Assembly: GCA_963677745.1 (NCBI GenBank)
Contig: OY782391.1
Coordinates: 416,001 to 480,000, forward strand
Length of the DNA stretch: 64,000 nt
From: Candidatus Altimarinota bacterium
GTDB taxonomy: Bacteria; Patescibacteriota; Gracilibacteria; UBA1369
Direction of reading: 5' to 3'
A program made the translations under genes and the position numbers. This document shows positions 18,956 to 29,204 of the stretch, piece after piece. A model generated the notes under the pieces. That model was given only the letters and a program-made list of their open reading frames with translations. It was not told where the DNA came from and searched no databases. Position 1 is the stretch's first letter; every line of letters begins with the position of its first letter.

Positions 18956-19924
18956 CTAGAGAGGCAGAGCGCCCAGAGCTTCAGTCGGGAAAGGTTGTGC
19001 ATCGGCGGGAACTTCAACAGTAACCGGTTTGTTCAGATCGGCAACCGATCCTTCCAAAGTAACAGTTCCGCTGGGAGAAGATTTTTCAGCATTCTCCTTG
19101 ATGGTCAGTTGACCTTTAACTTTGATCAAAGTTCCGGAAGTCTGTCCTACATAAAAATCACCGGTAAAATCAAAGCCTTCCAGACTGGCTTTCATTGAAG
19201 TCTTTTCTTCTTCGCTGATAGTCTGGCCCTGCAGTTCACTGGCTTTAACAATAAAAGTTGCAAAAGCATCCTTATCAAGAGCGCCGGTATAGTGGTAAGC
19301 TGTCTCACCGCTTACAGACTGATTGTCGACAAAAGCAACATTCTTGAAAAACTTGGTTTCCTCGATCAGAGACTTCATTTTCTTCTGATCTTCGGTCATG
19401 GTTGCAGCATCACCCTGGGGCATTGACTTGGACATTTCAGTCAGAGCTTCCGGAGGAATGGGTAAAGTCCACCATTTACCGACAAACTGGGCCTTCATTT
19501 CTTCAGGAATGGCTATTGCTCCCTTACCGGTTACATTGTCCAGGTTAAGGAAAAGAGCCTCTTTGTTCATTCGGAAGGCCAGGGAAGCGTCTGCTCCGTC
19601 CTGATCTGCCATCATGCTGCCCTTAAGGGTCAGGTTTAATTTGGGGTCAAGACTGTCCTTGGTATCAATTCCTCCAGTGGCCTTGACATCAAAAGTGACT
19701 TTCTCCGGCGGCTCATTGACTGGGCCTTTCAGATCTCCGGTCAAATTGACGTTATAAGTGTATGAAGTCAAAGCGGAAAGCTTGATCAAACCCTCCTGTA
19801 ATACTGCCTCGGGAGCCTTTTTCGGGGCTGCGGGAGCTCCGACATCCTGACATCCGGCTAGAGCAATGGACATCGCCAGAAGCCCGGTCACTGCCAGAAA
19901 CTTTGTAACATTTCTCATGTGCAA
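18956..19924 (-). CDS. Lipoprotein, probable LppX/LprG-like beta-sheet fold
   Basis: LAGC lipobox; alternating beta strands; C-terminal NKPVTVEVPADA. Confidence 0.7.
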   Translation of the reverse strand: MHMRNVTKFLAVTGLLAMSIALAGCQDVGAPAAPKKAPEAVLQEGLIKLSALTSYTYNVNLTGDLKGPVNEPPEKVTFDVKATGGIDTKDSLDPKLNLTLKGSMMADQDGADASLAFRMNKEALFLNLDNVTGKGAIAIPEEMKAQFVGKWWTLPIPPEALTEMSKSMPQGDAATMTEDQKKMKSLIEETKFFKNVAFVDNQSVSGETAYHYTGALDKDAFATFIVKASELQGQTISEEEKTSMKASLEGFDFTGDFYVGQTSGTLIKVKGQLTIKENAEKSSPSGTVTLEGSVADLNKPVTVEVPADAQPFPTEALGALPL

Positions 19925-20055
19925 TTGTTAAAAAAATAAATAAATTCGCCCCAGGATACTAACCAGAAAAACTTCTGGCGTCAAACTGAGAATTTGATTA
20001 GAATAGGCAGGCCAACTTTAAATCAAGGCCGAAATCCGGCTTAAATTTTCTTAGC

Positions 20056-21723
20056 ATGAATTTTAAAAAGCGCCGCATTCGCAATCATCTGCGCAAAATT
20101 GCCCAGAACACCACCTCCGACCAGCCCGTTTCCTTACTTCAGCAACACCGTCACGCCTCCGCTCTCGGCTCCCGTTACATCCACCTGATCACGATCGTCG
20201 CCGGAATTATTATTCTGCTCGGTTTTTTCTGGGTCACGGTCAGCATAATCAAGAGTCTCGATTTCGGATCACTGGTGTTTTCATTCGGCAAAGAATTAAA
20301 AAAAGACACTCATAAACAAACCAATTTTCTGCTGGTTGGCGTTGGTGGCGATGAACATGATGGATCCAACCTGACCGACACAATCATCATCGCCAGTCTT
20401 TCCGAAAAAGACAAAACAGTCAAAATGCTCTCCCTGCCGCGCGATTTATATATGGACGATCAGCAGACGGGCGGACAGAGAATCAATAAAATTTATGACA
20501 CCTATTACAATAAATATAAAAACTCCCCCAAGGCCATGACCAAACTGGGGCAAGTGATAACAGGAATGACAGGAATCCCCATCAATTACTATATTAAAGT
20601 TGATTTCAACGGATTCGTAAAAATTGTAGATGCCCTGGGCGGAGTAGACATCGATGTTGAAAAAGCCATTTATGATCCCAACTATCCAAGAGGTGAAACC
20701 GATAAATATGAAACCTTTTCCCTGCCGGCGGGACCGCAACTGCTGGACGGCAAAACAGCCCTCAAATTCGCGCGCAGCCGCAAAACAACCAGCGACTTCG
20801 ACCGGGCCAAAAGACAACAACAGTTACTCTCCGCAATCAAAGAAAAAGCCCTTAGTCTCAATCTTCTGACCGATCCCGGAAAGATCCAGAACCTCTATAA
20901 CTCCCTGGCCGACAGTCTGGAGACCGACCTGTCCGTTGCTGAAATAATTGAATTGGCCAAGATTTCCCGCGATATCAACAAAGACCAGCTGGAATCAAGA
21001 GTCTTTTCCGATGATTTCACCAGCTGCGGCGGACTGCTCTACACACCTGTCCGCGATTATTTTGCCGGAGCCGCCGTACTGCTGCCCGCCGGCAACAGTT
21101 TCGACGAATTGAAACGGTTCAGCGAAAATTATTTTTACCTGGCCGGAGATAACAAAACCGAAATCCAGGTTCTGAACGGAACAAAAATTCCCGGACTGGC
21201 TTTGGACTATCTAAACCGGCTTAGCAGGGATTGCCTGAATGTGGTTTATTACGGCAACGCCTCCGACAGAGACCTGAAAAAATCTACCATCTATTACCTG
21301 CCCGAAACCGGCCCCAATGGAGAAACCCAAATCCCCAAGGCCATTGAACTGATCAAACAGACAATCGACGCTCCACTGGTAGAAGGAATACCCCCCGATT
21401 ACCTGTCCGGCGATAAGCGGATCAACACCCGTATCGTTGTCGAAACCGGCGCAGACTACAAAAAGCTGACTTCCGAAGATCCTTTTAATAAATTGCTTTA
21501 TACAACCCCGGTCGCACCGGTTGAAGAAGTAATTCCGGAACCGGAAAAACCTTTGAACTCACCGGGTTCGACCAATGGGACTTCCACCAATTCCACCAAT
21601 GCGGACAGCTCCACCGCCGCTGCCGGAACCACAGCCCCCCCGGCCCCCGCCTCGCCCACTGTGCCCCCCCCCGCCCACGCTGTGTCCACAACTGTTCCAC
21701 CACTTTCATCCCCTCAACCCTGA
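20056..21723 (+). CDS. LCP (LytR-CpsA-Psr) phosphotransferase with LytR C-terminal domain and P/T/S-rich tail
   Basis: LTDTIII, LSLPRDL, VDALGGV, FARSR...DFDRAKRQQ, VLNGTxxPGLA. Confidence 0.93.
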   Translation: MNFKKRRIRNHLRKIAQNTTSDQPVSLLQQHRHASALGSRYIHLITIVAGIIILLGFFWVTVSIIKSLDFGSLVFSFGKELKKDTHKQTNFLLVGVGGDEHDGSNLTDTIIIASLSEKDKTVKMLSLPRDLYMDDQQTGGQRINKIYDTYYNKYKNSPKAMTKLGQVITGMTGIPINYYIKVDFNGFVKIVDALGGVDIDVEKAIYDPNYPRGETDKYETFSLPAGPQLLDGKTALKFARSRKTTSDFDRAKRQQQLLSAIKEKALSLNLLTDPGKIQNLYNSLADSLETDLSVAEIIELAKISRDINKDQLESRVFSDDFTSCGGLLYTPVRDYFAGAAVLLPAGNSFDELKRFSENYFYLAGDNKTEIQVLNGTKIPGLALDYLNRLSRDCLNVVYYGNASDRDLKKSTIYYLPETGPNGETQIPKAIELIKQTIDAPLVEGIPPDYLSGDKRINTRIVVETGADYKKLTSEDPFNKLLYTTPVAPVEEVIPEPEKPLNSPGSTNGTSTNSTNADSSTAAAGTTAPPAPASPTVPPPAHAVSTTVPPLSSPQP

Positions 21724-22598
21724 TGCTGGACGTCCTAATCAGCCTTCTGGCTGTACAAAACCTGATTTTCTCCGAACCCGCGTCAGAGGGTCTGTCTTCA
21801 CCGCCCCCGCTTCCCGAAAAAATTTCCGCCTATCCCGAAAAAACCGGGATTTCCCTGAGCCCCATCCTGGGCGCAAAATCCGTGCTGAGCCTGGATCTGG
21901 ACACCGGAAAATTTTTATTTGACCGGAATATCAATGAACGGCTGCCAATGGCCAGTCTGGCCAAACTGATGACAGCTCTGGTCATCCTGGAAAACCATTC
22001 GCTGGACGAGATCGTAACGGTCGACCCGCGGGCGACTCAGATTGAACCGGCCAAGATTTTCCTGCTGGCCAATGAAAAGATTACCGTCAGAGAACTGATC
22101 AAATCCCTCATTATCAAATCGGCGAACGATTCAGCCCTGGCTCTGGCCTATTACGACAGCCCGGACCTGGAAAATTTTATTGCCAAAATGAACAACCGGG
22201 CGCATCAGCTCGGCATGAATGACACTCATTTCCGCAATCCGGTCGGTTTTGACGATCCCGATCAATATTCTTCAGTCAGCGATTTGTCCATTCTGGCCCG
22301 CACCGCCTACAAACAACCGATCATCCGCCAGGCGGCCACCATCACCAAAACCACGCTTTCCTCCGTCAATCAACAACAAACCCACGAAGTTGAGGCAACC
22401 AACCTGCTTTTAAACAGTTATCTCAAAGTCTTCGGATTAAAGACCGGTACCACCGACCTGGCCGGACAATGCCTGATTACTATTGTCGAATCTCCCGACG
22501 GGCCAAAAATCATGAATATCATGCTCAACAGTCCGTCACGTTATGATGATAGCAAAATTCTCTCTCAATGGGTTTTTGATAATTACAAGTGGCTATAA
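21723..22598 (+). CDS. D-alanyl-D-alanine carboxypeptidase (peptidase S11)
   Basis: SxxK (ASLAK), SxN (SAND), KTG (LKTGTT). Confidence 0.93.
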   Translation: MLDVLISLLAVQNLIFSEPASEGLSSPPPLPEKISAYPEKTGISLSPILGAKSVLSLDLDTGKFLFDRNINERLPMASLAKLMTALVILENHSLDEIVTVDPRATQIEPAKIFLLANEKITVRELIKSLIIKSANDSALALAYYDSPDLENFIAKMNNRAHQLGMNDTHFRNPVGFDDPDQYSSVSDLSILARTAYKQPIIRQAATITKTTLSSVNQQQTHEVEATNLLLNSYLKVFGLKTGTTDLAGQCLITIVESPDGPKIMNIMLNSPSRYDDSKILSQWVFDNYKWL

Positions 22599-22607
22599 AA
22601 AACAAAT

Positions 22608-23666
22608 ATGAATAATTCAATTATTTTTGTAACTGAGAATCTGAGATACCTGATACTGATCTTCGGCTCACTGATAATGTCTTTTTTAATCTCCATCATG
22701 CTAGCCCCGCCCTTTATCCGGCTGCTGCATAAATACAAAATCGGGAAACAGCTGAGAGACAAAGCTTCAACCGGCGAAGAAGCTGTCATCTTCAAGGAAT
22801 TGCACGCCAAAAAAGCGGGAACACCCACCATGGGCGGAGTAATTATCTGGGGCACCACCCTGTTGGTCGTTCTGCTTTCCAGCGTATCAACCTGGTTTCA
22901 TATCACCGATAATCCCCTTTTCAACCGCGCCGAAACCCTGCTGCCCATCTTCACCCTGATCGCCACCGCCATCCTGGGCGCAATCGATGATTACATGAAC
23001 CTGAAAGGACATGGTAAGAGCAAAGGAATAGATATAAAACCAAAGTTTTTATTGCTGGCCATTTTTGCCACCCTGGGGGCCTTCTGGTTCTATTATCGTC
23101 TGGGCTACCAGAGCATACACATTCCTTTCTTTGGCGATGCTGTACTGGGCATCTGGTATATTCCTCTATTCATTTTAATCATCACGGCCACCGCTAATGC
23201 CGTCAATATTACCGACGGTCTGGACGGACTGGCGGGCGGACTGCTGACAATCGCCTTTCTTTCTTTTGCAGTAATCGCTTATTTAAAAGGATTATTGATT
23301 CTTTCCGCTTTCTGTACGGTCATTGCCGGTTCCACTATCGGTTTTCTATGGTTCAACATTATACCGGCCAAATTCTATATGGGTGATACGGGAGCCATCT
23401 CGTTGGGAGCAACACTGGGCGTAATAGCGATGCTGACCGACTCCGTATTGACTCTCCCCTTGATCGGCTTCATTTTCGTTGTCGAAACCGTCTCCGTAAT
23501 CATTCAGATTACTTCCAAAAAACTTTTTCACAAAAAAGTCTTCCTGATCGCCCCCCTTCATCATCATTTCGAAAAACTGGGCTGGAGTGAAGCCACTGTT
23601 GTCATGAGATTCTGGATAGTGGGAGGTTTTGCCTGTGTTCTGGGACTACTTCTGTGCGCATTCTGA
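22608..23666 (+). CDS. mraY: Phospho-N-acetylmuramoyl-pentapeptide transferase
   Basis: KAGTPTMGG, IDDY, NAVNITDGLDGL, MGDTG, APLHHHFE. Confidence 0.97.
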   Translation: MNNSIIFVTENLRYLILIFGSLIMSFLISIMLAPPFIRLLHKYKIGKQLRDKASTGEEAVIFKELHAKKAGTPTMGGVIIWGTTLLVVLLSSVSTWFHITDNPLFNRAETLLPIFTLIATAILGAIDDYMNLKGHGKSKGIDIKPKFLLLAIFATLGAFWFYYRLGYQSIHIPFFGDAVLGIWYIPLFILIITATANAVNITDGLDGLAGGLLTIAFLSFAVIAYLKGLLILSAFCTVIAGSTIGFLWFNIIPAKFYMGDTGAISLGATLGVIAMLTDSVLTLPLIGFIFVVETVSVIIQITSKKLFHKKVFLIAPLHHHFEKLGWSEATVVMRFWIVGGFACVLGLLLCAF

Positions 23667-25685
23667 CAGACAGCCACCCAAATCCTGACTGGCCTGGAAA
23701 TCTACGATTATTTTGGAACCGGTATCAATATTGTCGGTCAGGATTTCTTCCTGTTCTTTTTGCTGAACATATTCCGGATAATCCGCCAGTATTTTGTCCA
23801 GATCAGCCAAAAGCTGTTTCTTTTCGCGGGAATTTTCAAAGAATTCCTGACCGGTATTGCGCAACTCCATCACCATTTCCAGAGGAATGCCATTTTTGCG
23901 GTAATATTTGACGATTACGATCAATTTTTGCAGACTGTCCATTTTCACCTTGTTTACCATGGCTGAAAAGCGCTGATCCCCCTTGCTCTTCAATTCCGAC
24001 TCAATGGCAGTAAGCACTTTGAATTGTTTGATTTGCTCATTCAAAAGCTCAAACAAACTGCCCTCGATTTCAGCCACCTGGGAATTCTCCACCTCTTTCA
24101 CCAGTTCATCGAGCCCCTGCAAATAATTTCTGAATACAGCCTCCGCCTCCTTCAGATAATTTTTGGAAATAAGATTCTGCATTTCCAGCAATCTGTTCTG
24201 AGCCCGTTCCAGAAGATAAGAAGCCCGGTCGGCAGAATTGGCGATAAAATTGGAACTGGCCTCCATCACTGCTTCCTTGGCGGAATAAAGTTTCTCGCCG
24301 GGTAAAACCAGGCTCAAGGCCTTTTTCTGTAGTCCCACTTCTTCCCTGATCAACTGCATCAACCGGTCCGTCTGTCCGGAATCGGCTTTCTTTAACAAAT
24401 CATAACTGGCTGTTATCTCCCTGATGCCTGTCTTATACTGCAACAGCAAGGGCGTGGCCTGGCGGCGGATCAAAATATCCTCATCCGATTCATTCAAAAA
24501 TTCCTGTGCCTTGATAAATCCCAGATGTACGTCCAGAAACCTCTGGCGGGCTTTTTCCACCTCACCATTGTCAAAAATCGCTTTTGTACCGTCTTTGAAA
24601 TCGGCCAATAACCCCAGCGAGTTATCCGAAGCCACCGCCGACTCCACAAATTTTTGATTTTCCTCCTTTAAATTTTCCTGATGCTGTTTGTCCATAGCCA
24701 GATTGGTCAGGACCCATTGATCCTGGGCAGTATCACTTTTCTCCACCACAATCCCCCGGTCTTTGCCTTTAACCAGAAAAGGAGAGGAGGAAACCTCCGC
24801 GGTAAAACCGGCTACTACCGGTTGTATGTAAGTCACCTGGGCTGATTTTTTGCTTAAATCCACAACATTATCAAAAACCATCAATTCCGTGCTGTCATTA
24901 CTGGTAGTTAAAGCAAATACAGCCCGCGAATCCACGTCGGTCCGGACATTCTCCGTTTCAATCATAAAACTGGACTGGTTGCCCACCAGATTATAAACCG
25001 ACGCCCAAACACGGCCAGCCAGCAGGGACAACTCAACCTGGGTCTGAACGGCATCATCGGGCATCACATAAAGTTTCTTGATTTCCAGAGAGGTGTTCTC
25101 ACCCAGCCTGGTCACACTGTCGTCCAAATAACGGATTGCCACAAAGCTGTTCAGCTTGGTGAAAACCAGGTCTCCTTCCTGAAGACTGAAATTTTTATCA
25201 ACAGCCATTATGCGTCCGTCCCTGTTCACATAAACCTCTCCCTGCACATCCTCCAAAAAAGTCCATTTGGAAGCCCGCGTCACCCTCAGTTCCAGTGGGG
25301 ACGCCACAAAAAGTCCCAATACCAAAACAAAAACCAACGCCGAAGCCAATCCGGCGCGCCAATTCCGGGAATTCGCGAACATGGAAAACCCAAAACGGGC
25401 CCTGGATTGAATTTTTTCCATCAAAATCCGGTAGAGCAGATTTCTCTGGCCACTTGCCAGATAAGCAGGAGCAGAAACCTCCTCCACACCGTCCACCAGT
25501 GATTGCAGACTGACCGGCAGAGACTCCTGCCCGGACGACAGCCGGCCCATCAGACTGGCTTTCAGACCGGACCTCTGGCTGTCGGAAAGATACTCTTCCC
25601 GGCCGAGCCCGGCCAGGCTGTCGGACAACCCGCTCAGGTCCTTTTCCAACAGTCTATCCCCTGATTTTTTAAACAATTTCCACAT
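23646..25685 (-). CDS. Putative anti-sigma factor: single TM, FecR-like domain, helical C-terminal region
   Basis: GEVYV...LQEGDLVFT...DDSVTRLGENTSL...LLAGRVW FecR-type pattern; LPGEKLYSAKE motif; directly downstream of the ECF sigma gene. Confidence 0.72.
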   Translation of the reverse strand: MWKLFKKSGDRLLEKDLSGLSDSLAGLGREEYLSDSQRSGLKASLMGRLSSGQESLPVSLQSLVDGVEEVSAPAYLASGQRNLLYRILMEKIQSRARFGFSMFANSRNWRAGLASALVFVLVLGLFVASPLELRVTRASKWTFLEDVQGEVYVNRDGRIMAVDKNFSLQEGDLVFTKLNSFVAIRYLDDSVTRLGENTSLEIKKLYVMPDDAVQTQVELSLLAGRVWASVYNLVGNQSSFMIETENVRTDVDSRAVFALTTSNDSTELMVFDNVVDLSKKSAQVTYIQPVVAGFTAEVSSSPFLVKGKDRGIVVEKSDTAQDQWVLTNLAMDKQHQENLKEENQKFVESAVASDNSLGLLADFKDGTKAIFDNGEVEKARQRFLDVHLGFIKAQEFLNESDEDILIRRQATPLLLQYKTGIREITASYDLLKKADSGQTDRLMQLIREEVGLQKKALSLVLPGEKLYSAKEAVMEASSNFIANSADRASYLLERAQNRLLEMQNLISKNYLKEAEAVFRNYLQGLDELVKEVENSQVAEIEGSLFELLNEQIKQFKVLTAIESELKSKGDQRFSAMVNKVKMDSLQKLIVIVKYYRKNGIPLEMVMELRNTGQEFFENSREKKQLLADLDKILADYPEYVQQKEQEEILTDNIDTGSKIIVDFQASQDLGGCLSECAQK

Positions 25686-25723
25686 ATTACATTTACCCTA
25701 ACGGGAAAAGTCCCAATCTGTTA

Positions 25724-26311
25724 CTAAGATTTAATACCCATCTCCTGCAAAATCCTTTTCAACTCCTGAAGAGCCCTGAATTTCAATACACGCAAAGTCC
25801 CCTCACTTTTCTTTAATACATGCGACAATTCCGGATTATCCAACCCGTTGATATAAGCCAGCGTGATCACTTCCCGATAGCTCTCCTTAAGTTGTTGCAT
25901 GGCCTTTTTCAAACTGCGGCGGGACAGACTTTGTTCGGCCAGAAAAATCGGGCTGTTGTCATGACGCAAATCGGCCTGATCGGGATCAAGTTCGGAAGTT
26001 CCGCGATCATAGCGGTAATGGTCGATCAGGAGATTGTGGGCAATCCTGTACAGCCAGGAAGAAAAAGATGCCCCCGACTTGCGTTTGTAAATTCTGATAT
26101 TGTCCCAAACCTTGATAAACAGGTTCTCGGTCAAATCGAAAGCCTCCCCCTGAGTGGTTTTGAAATAAAAATATTTATAGACCCGATCAACATAATGGTC
26201 ATAAAGTTTCGAAAAGGACTGCATATCCCCTTTCTGCACCTGTGTTACCAATTGTTCGATCGTTTCTTTTTCCTGTTCCGTCTGGCTGTTTTTAACTGTC
26301 CGTTCTGGCAT
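25724..26311 (-). CDS. ECF sigma factor
   Basis: GDMQSFSKLYDHY, DLTENLFIKVW, FSSWLYRIAHNLLIDHYR (region 2); YREVITL...SEGTLRVLKFRAL (region 4). Confidence 0.95.
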   Translation of the reverse strand: MPERTVKNSQTEQEKETIEQLVTQVQKGDMQSFSKLYDHYVDRVYKYFYFKTTQGEAFDLTENLFIKVWDNIRIYKRKSGASFSSWLYRIAHNLLIDHYRYDRGTSELDPDQADLRHDNSPIFLAEQSLSRRSLKKAMQQLKESYREVITLAYINGLDNPELSHVLKKSEGTLRVLKFRALQELKRILQEMGIKS

Positions 26312-26416
26312 TCAAATTTTTCTAAACGGATAACAGCATACTACAAACATAGCAAAGTTCAAATTGTGCTTTTGTCAAAAGCGGCGTAAGTGATTCAAAC
26401 CGGTAAAAAATTCCAG

Positions 26417-26818
26417 CTAATTAGCCTTGGCAATTACATTATCGCCGTAAACAAAATTGACCTGACTGGGCTTTCTCATATGATCAATGGATCCGCTGGA
26501 AATAATCTGGGTCATGGATTTGGCCTTGGCCAGATTGAGTGTTCTGAGATCACTTTGACCCTTCAGCTCCTGATGGGAAACTTCCAGCCTTTTCAGAATA
26601 TAACCTTTGGTGGCAACTTTATTAAAATTCCACAGATAAAGACTGCCCAACAATAAAGTTGTAATAAACAGCGAAACAATCATAAAAACCGGACTAAATT
26701 TGATCTTCACCAGTTCCTTCCCGGCCCTTTCCTCTTCCTTCTTTTGGATAATTTCAGTCTGTTTGGCCTGTCTCAGGTCATTTCTATAGGGACTGTATCC
26801 GATGATTATATTGCTCAT
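26417..26818 (-). CDS. FtsL-like cell division protein
   Basis: Immediately downstream of rsmH; single TM, KGYxL, coiled coil. Confidence 0.7.
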   Translation of the reverse strand: MSNIIIGYSPYRNDLRQAKQTEIIQKKEEERAGKELVKIKFSPVFMIVSLFITTLLLGSLYLWNFNKVATKGYILKRLEVSHQELKGQSDLRTLNLAKAKSMTQIISSGSIDHMRKPSQVNFVYGDNVIAKAN

Positions 26819-26827
26819 TTTTACTTT

Positions 26828-27763
26828 TTATATTCGCTCCGCTACCCTCAGTTTTGCGCTGCGGGCACGCGGATTGGCCGATACTTCCTGTATTCCGGGA
26901 ACAATCGGTTTTTTTGTTATTATTTTTAATTTTGGCTCCAGATAACGGGTGGTCAGTTCATGGGGCAAATTGACATACTCCCGCGAATTATCGCGAAAAA
27001 AATTCTTCACAATGCGGTCTTCCAGTGAATGATATGAGACTACGGCAATCCTCCCCTTTGATCTCAATACCTCCAGTGAACCGTCCAGTACCTGCTGCAG
27101 GTTTTCCAGCTCTTTGTTTACCTCAATACGCAGAGCCTGGAAGATTTTCGTGGCGGGATGAATCCTGCCTTTTTTACCTCCCGACAATACTTCCACAAAG
27201 TCCGCCAGTTGTTTGGTGGTAACAAATAAAGCCTTCTGTCGCCCTTTGACGATACCCACCGCAATTCTTCTGGCCGATCTTTCTTCGCCGTATTCCCGAA
27301 AAATTTTGGTCAGCTGATCCAGCGAATAAGTGTTTACCACCTGGGCTGCAGTCAAAGACTGTCTCTGATCAAATCTCATATCCAGATTCCCTTCCTTGGA
27401 AAAGGAGAACCCTCTCTCAGCCTGATCCACCTGGGGAGAAGCCAATCCTAAATCCAGCATCAATCCGTCAATTTCTCTAATCTTCAAATCCTTCAGTTCA
27501 GGAACCATACCGGCAAAATTTCCGTGAACAAATTTGATCTGAGAATTAAATTGTTGCAATTTTTCTTTGGCCTGTTCCAGATTGTTTTTATCAAGATCAA
27601 AAGCGACCAGGTTGACTTTCCTGCCACTTGTTAAGACAGCCTCGGAATATCCTCCCAAACCCAAAGTTCCATCGACCACGGTCTGACCGTCAGACAAATT
27701 CAAAGAATCGATTACTTCCTTTAATAATACCGGCTGATGAGTTGGCTTTTTGTTTTGTTCCAT
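26828..27763 (-). CDS. rsmH: 16S rRNA m4C1402 methyltransferase
   Basis: HQPVLL, DGTLGLGG, LDLG, LDMR, FQALRIEVNKE, SYHSLEDR, NPRARSAKLR. Confidence 0.97.
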   Translation of the reverse strand: MEQNKKPTHQPVLLKEVIDSLNLSDGQTVVDGTLGLGGYSEAVLTSGRKVNLVAFDLDKNNLEQAKEKLQQFNSQIKFVHGNFAGMVPELKDLKIREIDGLMLDLGLASPQVDQAERGFSFSKEGNLDMRFDQRQSLTAAQVVNTYSLDQLTKIFREYGEERSARRIAVGIVKGRQKALFVTTKQLADFVEVLSGGKKGRIHPATKIFQALRIEVNKELENLQQVLDGSLEVLRSKGRIAVVSYHSLEDRIVKNFFRDNSREYVNLPHELTTRYLEPKLKIITKKPIVPGIQEVSANPRARSAKLRVAERI

Positions 27764-27803
27764 TTATTTTACCCAGTCTTGAGTAAATCTTATGTGCAGC
27801 CGC

Positions 27804-28001
27804 GTATAACTTTTTTGAACGTAGCGACTAATCTGAATTTATAGCCAAGAAAGGGCGATGTCAAAGATTTTGAACAAAACAGTATAACTTTTTTATACCA
27901 TCTTCTTTCAAAGCAGCTCTAAAACGGCTACGGACAAAGGCAAATTAAAAGAAATAAAAAATCTTGTCGCCTTATAGGCTTGTTGCATAGTTTTTTTATA
28001 C
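27804..28001. repeat. Three copies of a 17-bp palindromic motif GTATAA-N5-TTATAC
   Basis: 27804-27820 GTATAActtttTTGAAC; 27882-27898 GTATAActtttTTATAC (perfect); 27985-28001 GCATAGtttttTTATAC. Confidence 0.7.
27836..27864 (-). promoter_or_regulatory. sigma70-type promoter of rsmH
   Basis: Minus strand TTGACA-N17-TAAATT. Confidence 0.55.
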
Positions 28002-28130
28002 TAAAAGCACAAATCAGCCGTTTCCCATCCTTACAATAATTATTAAATCAACAAAAATTACCAAAACCACAGAAAACCGCACAAAAGTAAAAAATATTCA
28101 CTTGTCCCGCCATTTCTATGACTATATATA

Positions 28131-28141
28131 TGTGTTATAAT
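28131..28141 (+). promoter_or_regulatory. Extended -10 promoter of gap
   Basis: TGTG-T-TATAAT about 35 nt before the ATG. Confidence 0.55.
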
Positions 28142-28175
28142 AACACTGAGAAACAAAAATTTTAACAAAATAACC

Positions 28176-29195
28176 ATGGCAAATTCCAAACCAAAAGTGG
28201 CAATCAACGGCTTCGGACGCATCGGCAGACAAATCATGCGCATCAATATTGAAAAAGGATACCCTCTGGACATTGTCGCGGTAAATAATCTGGGCGACAA
28301 CAAGACCAGCGCCCATCTGCTGAAATATGATTCCAATTATGGCACTCTGTCCAATTCCGTTGTCTGCGAAGATGAAAAAACCATCACTGTGGATGGCAAA
28401 AAAATCCAATACCTGCAGATTAAGGACCCCACCACCCTGCCCTGGAAAGACCTGGGTGTGGACATTGTGATCGAATGCACCGGACTGTTCACCGATCGTG
28501 AAGGAGCCGCCAAACATTTGCAGGCCGGAGCCAAAAAAGTGGTAATTTCCGCACCCGGCAAAAATGTCGACATCACCCTGCTGATGGGAGTTAACCAGGA
28601 CCAATATGATCCTGCCAAACATAACATCATATCCAATGCCTCCTGCACCACCAACTGTATGGCCCCCGTGGTCAAGGCTCTCAATGACAAACTGGGTATT
28701 CAATTCGGTCTGATGACTACCGTTCATGCCTATACCAATGACCAGAGACTGCAGGATCTGGATCACAAGGATTTGCGCCGCGCCCGTGCCGCCGGCCAGT
28801 CCATCATCCCCACCACTACCGGCGCGGCGCAAACCGTCGGAGAAGTGATTCCCGAGCTTAAAGGCAAACTGAACGGCCATTCAATCCGCGTACCGATTCC
28901 GGTGGTTTCCATCCTGGACTTCACCTTCCTGGCCAAACGGGCCACCACCATTGATGAAGTCAACGCCATCTTGATCGAAGCTGAAAACGGCCCGATGAAA
29001 GGAATACTGGGCGTCTCCAACGAACCTCTGGTTTCCATCGATTATAAAAAGGACGAACGCTCCTCCATCGTCGACGCCCTGTCTACACTGGTCATGGAAG
29101 GCAACATGGTCAAAGTACTGTCCTGGTATGACAACGAATGGGGCTACTCCACCCGTACCGTGGAAGTGGTAAAACTGATTGGAGACAAGCTGTAG
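28176..29195 (+). CDS. gap: Type I glyceraldehyde-3-phosphate dehydrogenase
   Basis: [28 protein letters not shown]. Confidence 0.98.
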   Translation: MANSKPKVAINGFGRIGRQIMRINIEKGYPLDIVAVNNLGDNKTSAHLLKYDSNYGTLSNSVVCEDEKTITVDGKKIQYLQIKDPTTLPWKDLGVDIVIECTGLFTDREGAAKHLQAGAKKVVISAPGKNVDITLLMGVNQDQYDPAKHNIISNASCTTNCMAPVVKALNDKLGIQFGLMTTVHAYTNDQRLQDLDHKDLRRARAAGQSIIPTTTGAAQTVGEVIPELKGKLNGHSIRVPIPVVSILDFTFLAKRATTIDEVNAILIEAENGPMKGILGVSNEPLVSIDYKKDERSSIVDALSTLVMEGNMVKVLSWYDNEWGYSTRTVEVVKLIGDKL

Positions 29196-29204
29196 AATAC
29201 CGCC

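Noticed and set aside
28061-28086. 10-bp-periodic AAAACCRC repeats as MraZ boxes
   Set aside because: Only two good copies, far from the rsmH promoter, and no mraZ gene; could be chance.
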